This document shows, one piece after another, positions 12,201-23,615 of a DNA stretch of 64,000 bases (positions are counted from its first letter, which is position 1; every line of letters starts with the position of its first letter). The notes under the pieces were generated by a model, which searched no databases, was not told the DNA's origin, and was given only the letters and a program-made list of their open reading frames with translations. Position numbers and translations under genes: made by a program. This DNA comes from Klebsormidium nitens (lineage: Eukaryota; Plantae; Klebsormidiophyceae), in contig DF237313.1 of assembly GCA_000708835.1 (NCBI GenBank), positions 28,934 through 92,933 on the forward strand, given 5' to 3'.

Positions 12201-15200
12201 CAGAGCGGCCGCGCGTCCCTGGCTGGGGGGATCCCCCGGGTGCTCTTCGGGCCGGGTTCCACGCGGAACAGTCTGCCCGGGGGGCCGGCCCAGGCGCTGA
12301 GGGCCAAGGAACACGAGCTACAGGAGCTGCGGCGGCAGATGGATGCCTTCCTGGCGGAGCGAGAAGAGTGAGGGGGCGAAAGTTTCTGATGACTGGATCG
12401 AACCGATTGCAAAAGATCTCAACCAGTTGAAGCACTTTGCGAGAGTTGTAGCGCTGTAAACGTATGAGCTCGTCTGCGAAATCTGTTGAATGTGCCCTTG
12501 CCCTCTTCAACTCTTGACCTTCAAAATGGATAAAGGAGACCAAAGTGACGGAATTCTGCTCTCTTCCAAAGGCCCATAGCTTCGAGTGCGACCATCCTAT
12601 CAACCCTCGACTCAACTTTCTTCGATGAAGCCGAGAAGACGAGTGAAGGCCGATCTCCCCTCTCCTTGAGAATTCGGTAAGCTTAAGCTTCCATTCCTCA
12701 GTACTTCAATTCTTCGCTTGCCAGGTGGCTCGAGGAAATGAACCGGCGGCAGGCCGAGGCCCTGGCCGCGCGCGTCGCGACCGAGAAACTAAAGCGCAGC
12801 CACGAGGCGATGAGTGGCGAGAACGAGCAGCTGAGGGAGCGCAACGGGGGGCTGACGAAGAAGGTGACGTCACTCGAGGCGGAGGTGAAGAAGCTGTCGG
12901 GGCAGCAGAACCTGAGCCAGAGGATACACCACCACGCCAAAATCAAGGTGGGCCCCGCTCCCCCGGATTAGGGGCCGGGCGCTGTTGGCCAGCTACAGTG
13001 ACACGGGCCTTGAAAACGATTTGTTTTCACCTTCAGGTTCTTCTGTCAGAGAACGATCGAAGGGCCTTAAACCACACACGGGTCAATTCCTCCATTCTTC
13101 TGTTGAACTAAACCGCTTGTATCAGGCCTTGATATAAGCAGATTTTGGGCCATCTATTTTCTGGATGATAACAGGGGGCATGAAAGTAGGTACCGTAACC
13201 TTAGGTATGTAAGGTGCCGGAAGCAACGGTGAGGGTTGGGAGATGCGAAGCGGTAGAGTTGTTTCAGATATCGCTTCCCGGGTTTCTGCGGTGCAAACCA
13301 CATTTCACACGCTTTTTAGCAGTCAAATCAGGAATACGACGAGGTTAAAGGGGCTCAACTTTTCTCTCCCGCTGACGTCACCCCTGCCACGTGGCGCAGG
13401 AGGAGAACGTGCTGCTGCGGCAGAAGGTGGAGGCCCTCGAGGCGCGCGCGCGCAAGGACGCGTACCACCACCAGCGGCTCGCCGAGGAGGTGGCGCGCTT
13501 CCGCTCCGAGCGCGGCCTTCCGCCGGACATCAACGTGGACGAGGAGCGGAGACTGCGCAAGAAGCTGGAGGTGAGGGCGACACCGAGGCTTGGGAGCTGC
13601 GGGCATGGTCGCTGAGAAGGAATGGCTGCCACTTTGAGCGTGTATTTGAAGAGTCATTTGGGAGAGTCGCGAGTGGTCCGAGGTGCGAGGCTCTCGCTGA
13701 CTGCGCAACGTTCAGAGGCGGAGCAGAAGGAGGAATGGTGCAATTTTTCGCAGACCATCCGAGATGATAAGGGCTCTGCTTATACTTCGAACGTGTCGCT
13801 CACCGATACAAAGTGGGCCTGCGGGTCACAGTCTACAAAGCCGTTTACAGCATCTCGAACTTCTGAGTGGACAATGGTTTTTGCCCTCAAAATTTTCCCT
13901 GACACCAACCCTCTGACCCAGTTGCGCTCAGGAATGAGAGCCATCCGCCGGCCGCCCAGCAGGACTCTTTAGAAGCTTTTTTTTCGCCGTAAGAGACCTT
14001 CAGTTGTCTCCGCTCGTCTCTTCACCCTTGTCCCAAGCCGTACTTATTCCGGTTTCTCAGGAGGAGACCCTCCAGCAGATCTTTCTCATTGTGTTCCGCG
14101 CAGTTAGAAATCTCAACTAAGTTTGAACCTCTCGTAACCCTTGTTTAACCTTGAGCCTTAACCCGGTCTTGCAGGAAGCTCAAGAAGAGACCCTCCAGCT
14201 GGCGGCCCAGCTGGCGGAGCTTTGCAAGAGCGTTTCCCGGGCGGCCGTCGGCATGCCCGTCGGCGCAGACGTGCCCAGCGCAAAGGCTGCCATGGACGCG
14301 GTCAACCGGCTGGTGGCACGTGCCGAGGCGTCCGAACGGGAGCTCGCGGACCTCAAGCTCAAGGTACGTACCGGGGTCCGAATCTGCTTACTTCTCTCGA
14401 AGTGGGTGTTTGATTCCTGTTTGTGCTGTTGTTAGGGCAGAGATTTTCTGGCTAAGTCTCGAACTCAGGGTTCGTATGTTGGTCCAAAATCCGGTTTGCG
14501 TCCCATCCCTCAACATCTGTAATCAATTGTTTGTTTTTGTCTGACTTCTTAGGGCAGGCTTTCTGTGGCAACAATTGTGATTGATTCCTTGTTTTGTGTA
14601 ATGTCTTAGGGCAGAGTATCTGTGCAAAAGAGTGTGTGGCGAGGCGCCCGGAAGGGGGCTAGCGGACCTTAAGGTGTAGGCCTGTAGGACCTTCCAGGAC
14701 TTTTAGTAGCATGGAATTCGTGCCTGCTCTTTCTTTGCTTTGGAGCATTGGGTGACTTTCGTCGCTGCCCAAATGGCGCTGTCTCGTCCTTGTCAGCCTC
14801 TCCGCCTTACTGTGTTGTCAGGTCAGGAGCGTTTGTGATGTGTTTTCTTGCTTTCCGACGCGGCTGCGGGACGATGGTGAATTGCTCTCCTTGAGGAAAC
14901 ATGAAGCAAGCGGCCCGAATTGTGATAAAGGCATGAATTTCACATTTCGTTCGAAGCTACTGTTTACTTTCTTGGTAACAAGCGTGGTCAAGAGAGTGGC
15001 CGACTGGACTGGCTCCTTTTGTCCTCTTTCGCCAAATCATTGAAGGGCTTGGATACTATCGAGTGGATAAAGAGTTCGGAGTCAGGTAAGGGGATCGTAC
15101 TTCAAGATTTTGGATATGCTAGGGACATCAGTATGAACACAGCAAACATCTGGTCCGAGACATTGGACCCGCCGTTAGCTGCAACGATTGAATCGCTTTT

Positions 15201-15329
15201 CTCTCTTTCTTGCAGGCTAGGATCACGACGGAGAAGAGGCGAATTGACGAGCTCCGGACAATCACGACCCCTCAAAGGAGCGCGGTCTTTGCGCCATCGC
15301 CCGATCGATCCCCAAGAACACTCCGTTAG
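282..15329 (+). CDS. KIN12: POK1/POK2-type kinesin-12, 3' portion (coiled-coil stalk and tail); 5' end and motor lie upstream of the window
   Basis: 21 GT-AG exons joined by hand with consistent phases: 282-503, 761-862, 1172-1252, 1501-1635, 2183-2344, 2672-2974, 3398-3910, 4334-5485, 5860-5996, 6829-7004, 7511-7728, 8202-8393, 8748-9086, 9749-9961, 10396-10833, 11164-11427, 12030-12367, 12725-12947, 13400-13570, 14175-14363, 15216-15329 (TAG). Product is E/A/R/L-rich coiled coil with motifs RVAELEQLADSREKQLFALNARLAAAEGRTHDMVRDMVGLK, EWLEEMNRRQAE and KLSGQQNLSQRIHHHAKIKEENVLLR, which match my recollection of plant POK1/POK2 tails (HMMR/KIF15-like C-terminal motif). Confidence 0.9.
1050..1135. 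repeat. Intronic minisatellite, 29-bp unit x3
   Basis: Unit TTATGCGGGTGTTCTCAAATCATGCAACT repeated three times with one substitution. Confidence 0.95.
5960..6290 (+). repeat. Tandem triplication (~130-145 bp unit) of an exon 3' end plus donor site
   Basis: CAGGCCGGGGAGCGCATCATGCAGTCGCTCGAGCAGAG|GT at the true exon end (5996) recurs ending at 6128 and 6273 with substitutions; the two spacers are also similar to each other. Confidence 0.9.
7088..7545 (+). repeat. Decayed duplicates of an acceptor site plus exon 5' end
   Basis: True exon start CTGCAG|CGTCCGGCGACAAGTTAGGTGGTTGGCCAGACGAC (7511) is echoed at ~7212-7270 and more weakly at ~7092-7140; both echoes end in GGCTCCATGCA. Confidence 0.75.
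14411..14672 (+). repeat. Three degenerate acceptor-like repeats in the last intron of the POK-like gene
   Basis: T-rich tract followed by TTAG|GGCAG at ~14436, ~14553 and 14609; first and third also share TGATTCC(T)TGTTT. Confidence 0.6.
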
Positions 15330-17332
15330 GAAATTAGACAGTTTGCTAGAAAACCGACTTAAAAGCTGACAAGAAGGTCGATAGAAAAGGAAAAGTTGCC
15401 AGTAACGTCGTTTTCCAATCCGTCAAGTGGAGTAAGGGGCAGCTTGACAGCTGTTACTGTTGTTCGTTTCTGCACACAGTTTTCGTGTGCGTGCAAGTGT
15501 CGTGCTTTGATGGGCACTCTGTTGACCACACAAGCTGCTCAAGCTTCTTGAAACGAAGGTTATCCTCGCGCGTGTCTCCCTGAGCGAAGGCTATAGACAT
15601 AGACTTGATGCACCCGCGCCGTGCAATGTGTCACGCCCCACGCACGCGTCACTGCGAGTGGGTTATGCACACCTGATGCTTGTCATGTTTTCAAAGACAT
15701 TGAGTACGAGGGACTGGAGTGCAATCAAGTCAACGACAATCGCTAGATCTGCGTCGGCACGGCATGCACACCTACAGCAACCTATAATCACATGAAGGCC
15801 GTAATAGATGAGAGTGTAAGCCTCGTGTATACACACTGACTAATACGGTTATATAGACTCTTGAAAGACGATCTGCTGATTTGAAGCGCTTGCACGTCCA
15901 TAGCGCCAGCCTGCTAGGAAGATTCTGCAAGAAAGCTTTGTCGATACGATCGTAGGGGCCAGTCAAAGTGCAGCAAATGCGTTCAAATTACCAGTGCAAG
16001 TCAATCGGCGGACATGCTTATATTGAGGCCGGAACGGGCTGGCAAGCTAGTGCGTCTGCTAACACCAGAAGCAATGCACGCAGCTTCAGGCTTTCAGCAT
16101 TTTTTGCTTGATTCAATCCATCGACTCTGACCGACACTTGGGCTGCATATGTCTCGCTTTGCTTTCCGTATGGGCCCGAGCGAAAGAAGCTTGAACTTTT
16201 GGAAGGCAGCTCGAGTGGATGAAGCTGCACGTGCCCTTAGTTGCTACATCTGCTCATGTTAGAATGTGTAAAAGCATCTGCGGAAGAGTCGCTTCTCCTG
16301 AAACGAGTGGCGGTAATGAAGATATTGACAATCGAGCGCAGATATCGCGGCCTCGATCTCAGCCGCATGCTCTACCGTGTTTTAAGGTTGGAAGTTCCGA
16401 CCACTTTTTGAACAAACACAGTCCTCACTGTCGGCGTAGAGCATTCTGTTCTCCCGTATAAGAGCTACACGCACCTTGCCGAGCAACACGTTAGCAAATT
16501 GCTTCTTTCGAGACTGCAGATCTAATGGCTTTACTGCTCCTATTATACATGTTGCAAGAAGTTTTGAACACTTCAATACATTGAGCGAAATAATCCGACC
16601 TTGTCTGAGGTTCAGGCAGGACCTACCATGAACCCAATTCTACAGCCCGCTTCCTCCAAAACCATCTGGAGCAATCTGGAGTTGCCTGATTATTATATTC
16701 TTTTGTAAGTGGCCGATATAATGCGCTTCGAGAATATAATGTATCCACGACACGAAGGCTAAGCGCCTGGCCCCAAACCAAACAAACAAGGGTTCGAGTC
16801 ATGGGGAGGACTCCACCCTTTTTGCCACCTTTTTTTGCCTAGGCTTTTCGGTCCCATGCACTCGATAGGCACATGGCATTCAAGCATTCAACTCTCCATT
16901 TCGATCGGGTCGCGTGTCATATAAGAGAGGGTTTCAGATTTCAGTAGAACCTACAAGGTATATGACGTCAGAATCATCATATTTTCATCATATACTACTC
17001 CGCGCTTATAATGACCGCTCCGTTAAAATGCAAAAATGGACTAATTGGCTGCTGGGGATACTAATTAGTTGCTTGCAAAGCTTTTGTGCAATGCTTGTAA
17101 GGGTGCGAACTTCGTCCGGTAGTATTGCGGTTGATGGTACGGTGTTCAGAGGCATTGAGGCACTTTTAAAAATTCTCTCATTAAGCTGCCAAAGCAAGCC
17201 AGACTGACGGGGTAACTCGATGGCTGAACAACACATCAGACTTGTTTCATGCAAAAGGGTATATCCACATGGGACGAAAATGGAATGATCTTAAAATTCT
17301 GAAGAGGATAGTTGGTTTAAATGAGTGTTTAT

Positions 17333-17525
17333 GGGAAGACGGCAGAGGAGTGGTTCCTAAGCCTCTGGGGCGTTGCCCCGGCCAGAGAGAGCTCCCGAAG
17401 GAGCCCCCCCTGCCAGACGGAGGCCCTCGGCCTCAACGTCGGGGGATCACCCCCAGCGAGCAGACACCCCCCGGGAGGGGCTCACGGCGGAAGGGTAGAA
17501 AATTCTACGCGACTTCTTGCTATCT
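17333..17525 (-). ncRNA. Candidate structured non-coding RNA, copy 1 (~190 nt, unassigned family)
   Basis: 158-nt core 17334-17491 is 155/158 identical to 27280-27437 and contains five hairpins; it lies downstream (minus strand) of a TATAAA and a GCCCACAA box. Strand and ends are inferred from the promoter, not observed. Confidence 0.55.
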
Positions 17526-17552
17526 GATGCGACACGCCAGCATCCGTCGAGC

Positions 17553-17690
17553 TTTATACGGTTGCAAGAAACGAAGCTTTTGTGGGCTACATGGACCCGG
17601 TAACGTCACCTGCCGTCCAATCTGTCAAGTGGCAGGATCGGACGGCAACGAAGAGGTTTCCCTCGACACACGACCGCTGTCCGCGGTAGA
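17553..17690 (-). promoter_or_regulatory. USE-like/TATA promoter module, copy 1
   Basis: On minus strand: GCCCACAA (17580-17587), 21 nt containing TTCTTGC, TATAAA (17553-17558); upstream GCCGTC...GACGGC inverted repeat and CAGCGGTCG box. Same order and spacing in copies 2 and 3. Confidence 0.55.
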
Positions 17691-18970
17691 TCGACGCTGC
17701 GAATTAGCACGATCCGAGCAACTTCATGGAGGCCGAAGGCAAAACAAGGCTACAACAAGGGTTTCCTTTTGCTATACAAGACTGCAGAGTAGGATTCCTT
17801 ACGAGAATGATGAGACATCTAACATAGAATTAGACGAGACCTGTAGTGTGAGACCTGACCGTTCCGGCTTGAGTAATTTTTGTGGCGTAGTTGAGTGGAT
17901 GCTAAAGCATCGCAGAAGCAACGTGGTAAAAGTACGTTTCTCTACTGAAATCGAGTTACTGCCCGGCATGCGACCATAAACTGAATTCCTTACTTGAGCA
18001 ACGTCGTGGCACCACGAGAGTTGCAAATGTGCTCATTGTTTCATTGAGTTGCCAACAAGAATTACCAGACGGTGGAAGTTTCAAAGCACAAGGCTACTTT
18101 AGTCACTCTCAAAATCAACGCTCTCTCACCATTTTTAGTACTGCAGTAGGCTCAATTGAAGCAGTTTAAAGAGCGCAGAAAACCAGAGCAAGGAAATCTA
18201 CGAAATTAACCTCTTAAGATCCACGTCAAAGTAGCCCTGCTGGGCTATTGTCATGCCATCGTTCAGCAGCTCAACCATCATGTTGAAGTGGTACGGATTG
18301 GCGCGTTGAAGACTACAATGAAGTGGATCTCGCCCCCAGTCTTCAAAGTTGGCCTGCCAGGCAACATGAGAACAAGCTTCAGCACAAGCATTCTTGAAAG
18401 CACGCTTCTATCATTTTTAAAGTCGTCGTGAAGGCGGACCCCAGCTTGTGCACTTCGAACCTCGCGGGAGCTGATCACAAAGATGATCATAACGGTAATC
18501 ATTGTGTGCGCGTGACATACGAGCAATACATGCCATGACAAAACCCATTACGGGAAGCTTTGTACGCTTCAACGCTCTATGTTAGATCGAACACCGTTGG
18601 CAGCGTGGCTCGGCTGAGATTTTCGAACAATTGATGATCTATTTCTACATCGTTTTGGTTGTTCTTCATGAGGCCACGTCTAGCATTGAAGTGCATCGAG
18701 TCGGAAGCACTCTGAATCACTGCCAATGCTTTGCTAGGGCATCGATGTTGTTCTGCTTTCAAGTGGAGAGCAAAGTGTACTTTGACCACCATTTCGACTG
18801 CCAAGCGGGGCCGGGTGACAACAGATGGGAATCGGTCGATTCTTCACCTGCCCAAGAAAACCCGAGCTCATTCTTAACCCTTGCACGATCAACTGATAGG
18901 AAGTAACTCAACGAGAGTTTCAAGGAAACTGAGTGCTCTTAAGTGTCCGACTTCCACCAGCCTGAAACTC

Positions 18971-21900
18971 CTAACACCAAGCCGCTTGAATTGCAACAAC
19001 AGGCACCCGCTGGGCGACGGCCTGCCACGCGTCGACGGTTTGCCACGTGTCCCCAGTCGCTTCCTCCTTCTCGAAATGGTCAACAAACTTCCTGGCTCCA
19101 CGAACCGACACAACGTACCCATCGAAGCAGTCATTTGTCAGCGTCCCTTCGACCAGACTCTTGCTGACGTCCTCCACCGCGCAAGGGTACACCCTCTGTG
19201 CCAGGTCACACTCCGTCCGCGCGCGCACAAAGTTGCTCCACCCCCCTACCAGGAGGAGATCGTAGTTATCCATGTCAACCAGCATGTTGCACTGATTGAG
19301 GCGGTTAAGATCCATAAGATCGGTAGACAGGGCTTCCTTAGCCCCAAGCACTAACCCGGCTTCGAACCCGTCGAGAAGACCGGGGTCGCTCAAACTAGAG
19401 GCGCCGGAAGTAACTTGTTCTGCAGAATCGGCAGAGCTTGATGGCTCCCCATTAACGACCCTCTGAGCTTCATTACTAGCGGCTTCCGTATCAGCTAAAT
19501 TTTGCGGCTGCGCTCCTTCAGAACTGGGCCGCAAGAGAATCTTGTACGCGGCCACTCGCGCATTGCCCGAGTCATGGGTCGTCAGCCCGAGGCTCTCCAG
19601 ACGTTTCACGGCGCCTGTCCTTTCTCCACTGGAGCTCCGCCCTCTGCTTCTATCTCTTTCTTCCACTTTGAATTCGTTGCCGGATGCGCGCACTTCGTCA
19701 TCGCTATCCTTCTCAACCGTTTCGGTGCCACCAAACCGGCCCTTGTCTTGTTTCTCTGATCCGTTGTCGTACGCTAAGAGAGCAAGGAGTCGGTCCTGCG
19801 CCCTGAATTTCGCCATTCCTGGCCGTTTCTCCACTTTATACCGCACCAATCCTTGGAGGCCGCGTAGCACCCCCGTCGTATACGCTTTCATCCCGTTCAG
19901 ATCCGGACCCAACACTTCGTCCGCATACGCATGCATCCGGTTGACCATAGCGTCCGCCTCCTCTCCGTTCGCCAGAACCCACTCAATCGCCGCCGTCAGA
20001 TTGCTCAGGTTGTAATCGACGGGCACGAAATGCTCCCACGGCCGCAGTCCCAGCTCATAATACTCCCAGCACGGAGTCCGCTGTTTCAGCAAAACCGTCC
20101 CCATGTGCAATTCGTGCTTCAACCGGTTGGCCCACCCACAGTTGCCCTCCACATGGATCACTGCCCGGTACGCCTCCTGCTCCGCCCGGGACAACCGCGG
20201 CCGTCCACGTGTCACCATCCCCGCGGCCCACTCCCGAAATCCCCCTACCTGGTCCGTGTCGGACAGCATGACGTCATACAGCTCCGGCCGCGACCCCGCG
20301 CGCACTAGAAAAACCAGCCGCTCGCGGCCGCAGCGCTGCCACGTGTCCTCGCTGACCGCCACCTTGTCTCCACCCCACCCCCGGTCGTCTGCGTCTAGGA
20401 AACAGCCCCGGCCGCCGCCCCCCCGGAAGACCGCCTTGCGGATGCGCAGCGCGGGCGAGTGCGCGGCGCGCGCGGCGCGCGCGTCCTCGAACGCGGCGGC
20501 CCATCGGCGCGGGGGCCCGTCCACGTGCTCGAAGTAGGGGAAGGGAATGTCAGCGGAGCCGTCGCAGGAAACGACGTTCAGGATCGGAAGGCTGACGTCA
20601 GCAGCGTCAGACACTCTGGCGGGGTGATGCTGTCTCTGAGTCACGATGCAGTCCTGGGCGTGGAGAAGCGATCATTATGAGAAGAAAATGGAACTCCTGC
20701 GTTCTACATCTCAGCCGAAAATGTTCAACGGTTACCACAGCTGAAGATCGACAGACGAGAATGCACCAACCCAGCGTCTGCAAGAAAGGGGGTTAGTCAG
20801 CAGCTTCGAACGGACATTGAGGTCATTTTTCCAGCCGTTTGTACCTCGTATTATCAGTGCATCGTTGCTGCAAAACCACGTCACTCTTCTGGCCCACCAA
20901 AAGCCCTCCGCGTCTACCGTTAATGTCAAGTCGCACTTGAACCATCTACGAGATCTTTCACCCGAGTGTCTCTCCAGGGCTTTTTTCCGTGACCTGCAGT
21001 GCTTTCAAAACAGTATACGCCTATCTTCGAACGTCATAGTATTACCCCTCGGAGGGCGAAAAAATGGACAAAATGGTTCCTGACCGCCACAGGTTACGAA
21101 TGAAAGCTTGACTATCAACCGGTGCCATTCCATTGTCATGAATACGGTGGATTGAACTACGACACACCCCTACGGAGGATACGATTATAGAGAAACAGAG
21201 AGACACTTTGAAACGGGAAGTATTCCTCGTTTCGACGCACAGTCATTTGAGAAGCTTCTCACGTCGTGTAGAGAACAGATCCTGCCAGGCTTTGATTCTG
21301 TTTAGAGGACTTCTGATAACAGCGCCATGAAGCGAATCTGTTTCGAACATTCTTTTGAGGGATTGCTGAATAACGTGACAGATGCCCGCTGTAATTCGGG
21401 TTCAGATAGTGGTTCAGATGAATTAGATCTCAAAGTAAATCTCATAACAAGCTGCAACTCCATCTCAGATAGATATATCGAGTTAGGGATGACTGGAAAC
21501 ATACTTTGAAGCGGGTAGGGTCCGGCCAACAGTCAAGTGCGCGCGCGCGCGCTGGCACCCACCTCTTGGCACAACAGGAACTCCACGTCACCTCCATCTT
21601 CAATGTCCCGCATTATTTCGCTGATCAGTTCCAGTCGCATGTTGTACCGGAAATGCATAAATTCCCAAGGAAACCTCCCTCCCCTGTGCTCGTAATACAG
21701 CTTGCCTTCAATAATCTGTACGTCCCGGCACGATTCCCGGTCCCCCGATCGAAGCCCACTTGCGTTGTGGGAGCGGAAACTGGGTCTAGTGAGTACTCCT
21801 CAAGAGCCTGTGTGACCATTTGTTGGATCAGGGGAGAAAGGGGAGTGAGACTCCCCAGAGCGATTCGCTTGTCAAGGCTCGGACGAAAGTGGGTTCCAGC

Positions 21901-22065
21901 TGGCAACCTTGCGATTGATACCTCTCTCAGACGGGCATTCAGTGGATTCATAATTGAGGTGAGCGTTGTGAAATAGCTCCTGGAGATGAGGGACAGCACT
22001 GTAATAGCGGCCACCCAGACTAGCCAACTGCAGACATAGCGCGCGGGCTTGGCAGCCAGAGCCAT
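18971..22065 (-). CDS. Glycosyltransferase family 90 (CAP10/KDELC/POGLUT-like), type II membrane protein with C-terminal extension
   Basis: Exon 18971-20653 has AVIHVEGNCGWANRLKHELHMGTVLLKQRTPCWEYYELGLRPWEHFVPVDYNLSNL (GT90 core). Upstream exon 21563-22065 gives an N-terminal TM anchor (WLVWVAAITVLSLI) and CRDVQIIEGKLY...DVEFLLCQE, joined in phase 0 to DCIVTQR. The upstream exon needs one frame change near 21742-21746. Confidence 0.85.
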
Positions 22066-23399
22066 GGCGCCACCTAATGAAGTATACGACCGACTGGCCC
22101 GAATGAGCCCGATCGGTTCGCTTAAGGGTCTCTCAGACATATGCCAGATCTAGGCACAACTGCATCATCGCCTCGTCGTTTTCAGACTACGTCAAATCAG
22201 CGGCCTGCGTTCCGCTCTGGGCAACGTTTGAACGGAGCTCGCACTGGATCTTAGTTGAGGGAAGCGCCAGATTCGTCAGAAAGGAGCGTTGGTCGGCAGT
22301 AAAAGGGGTCGAGAAAGGACTATGCTACTGTTCGCCGGAATGATTGTCGCTATGCCTACGTGATGCTGTCGTTTCCAAATGATTCCGTTCCGTTTGTGCC
22401 TGGAAGATACGTACGGCCAGCATGGGTCAGCTGAGCGTTATTCGGAAGAGCTGGCAGCGGAAGAGTAGACGATTCAAACTCTACGAGCTGCTTCGTGCAC
22501 TTGAGAGGCCCTGCTTAGCTGAAGTCACCTGTCTTTTCTAACAAAGCCAGGAGATTCTTCAAACAAGAAAGCTATCATGTTTGTTCTTGCTCGCTCGCAC
22601 GTTGTCAGAAGGTCACTTGTCGAGTCTCTCTGTTTCTCAGTGCACTCCCGTCTAAGGGGGTGAAAGACGACGTGATTGGCCGGCGGTCGCTGTCAAATTG
22701 ATTGTACGGATATGCAGAAAGAATCAAACATGATCAAACATGAATTGTGGCTGGTTATACATGGCCTTCTGATGTAAAGCACAGTTCAAAGTCTGATTGA
22801 TTGCACTATGTTTGAGTGTGGTCCTATAGCTACTTGCTATTTTCTAAGATTCCATATAATGATTCAAGAGTGGCCCAAAAGACACAGATGATGTGATTGG
22901 GGATCTCGAAGGCCGGAACGCATCACAACTGCCCTTCACCTTTGCCCGGGGGTATGATTCATTGTGTTGATGTCATGATTGGGTGATCGAGGCATACGAA
23001 CATCCAAGATTTTTCCCGCATCTCGGGCAATGGTTCACGGTCCCTGAAGTGCTTCAGCAACTGGTCCCGTCGGACCGAGCTGTGAAAGTTTCGTGCCGGT
23101 GACAATCCCACCTTGGTAATGCCGAGCTTCTTTCCTTTCTTCTAATCTATAAATTCGATTCCAACACCTTCTCCGGCTGTTCTGGAGAGAAAAACATCAG
23201 TAGATTACCATGGGAGCGATCAATCCCCTCTGATTTCCATTTATTACAGCCCGTTAACGGCCAGCTGGCAGGTTAGGACAGCACCTAGCACATGCATTTG
23301 CATCTTTCTCGGTGCAGGTTGGACCTAAACAACGTTCAGTGCTTAGTATGTTCGTGCTAGCGAGGGACTGTACGCCTGTTTTAGAGTACTGCATTTGAA

Positions 23400-23615
23400 C
23401 AAGACTGTTGAGGTAGCCTTATCCGGTCCTCCATTTGCACCAAAGGCTCGCACAGACATGCCGAGTCTCTCCGTCGCTTTCTTCATCGAGGTCAGCGGTC
23501 GCATATCGAGGAAACCTTTTCGTGGCCGTCAGATCTAGCCACGTGACAATTTGGACGGCAGGTGACGTTACCGGTTCGTTTCGCCCACAAGACCTTCGAT
23601 TCTTGCAATCATATA
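23400..23615 (+). promoter_or_regulatory. USE-like/TATA promoter module, copy 3 (inverted; downstream part lost in assembly gap)
   Basis: CAGCGGTCG...GCCGTCAGATCTAGCCACGTGACAATTTGGACGGCAGGTGACGTTACCGG...GCCCACAA (23583-23590) N21 TATA (23612-23615), then Ns; aligns with the reverse complement of 17553-17760. Confidence 0.7.

Noticed and set aside
3394-13767. Many long antisense and alternate-frame ORFs over the coiled-coil exons
   Set aside because: Shadow ORFs caused by very high exon GC content.
16755-16815. tRNA B-box-like GGTTCGAGTC with a weak A-box-like segment
   Set aside because: No acceptor or anticodon stems can be formed; at most a decayed tRNA-derived fragment.
17345-17370. GGTTCCTAAGCC resembles the twister ribozyme P4 loop (UCCUAAGC)
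   Set aside because: Closing pairs do not fit and the required UAA cleavage loop and P2 arrangement are absent from the core.
17334-17375. Minus-strand GGCUUAGGAACCACU resembles RNase P/MRP CR-V or the plant 7SL 3' region
   Set aside because: No GAAAGUCC CR-I, no Alu domain and no SRP helix 8 motif; the element is also too short.
18198-18410. About 70 stop-free codons on the minus strand (AFKNACAEAC...YFDVDLKRLIS)
   Set aside because: No start or splice support and no recognisable motif; such runs are expected by chance across six frames.
22900-23150. Coding-like patch on the minus strand (KKGKKLGITKVG...)
   Set aside because: Short, stop-bounded and not assignable to any family.
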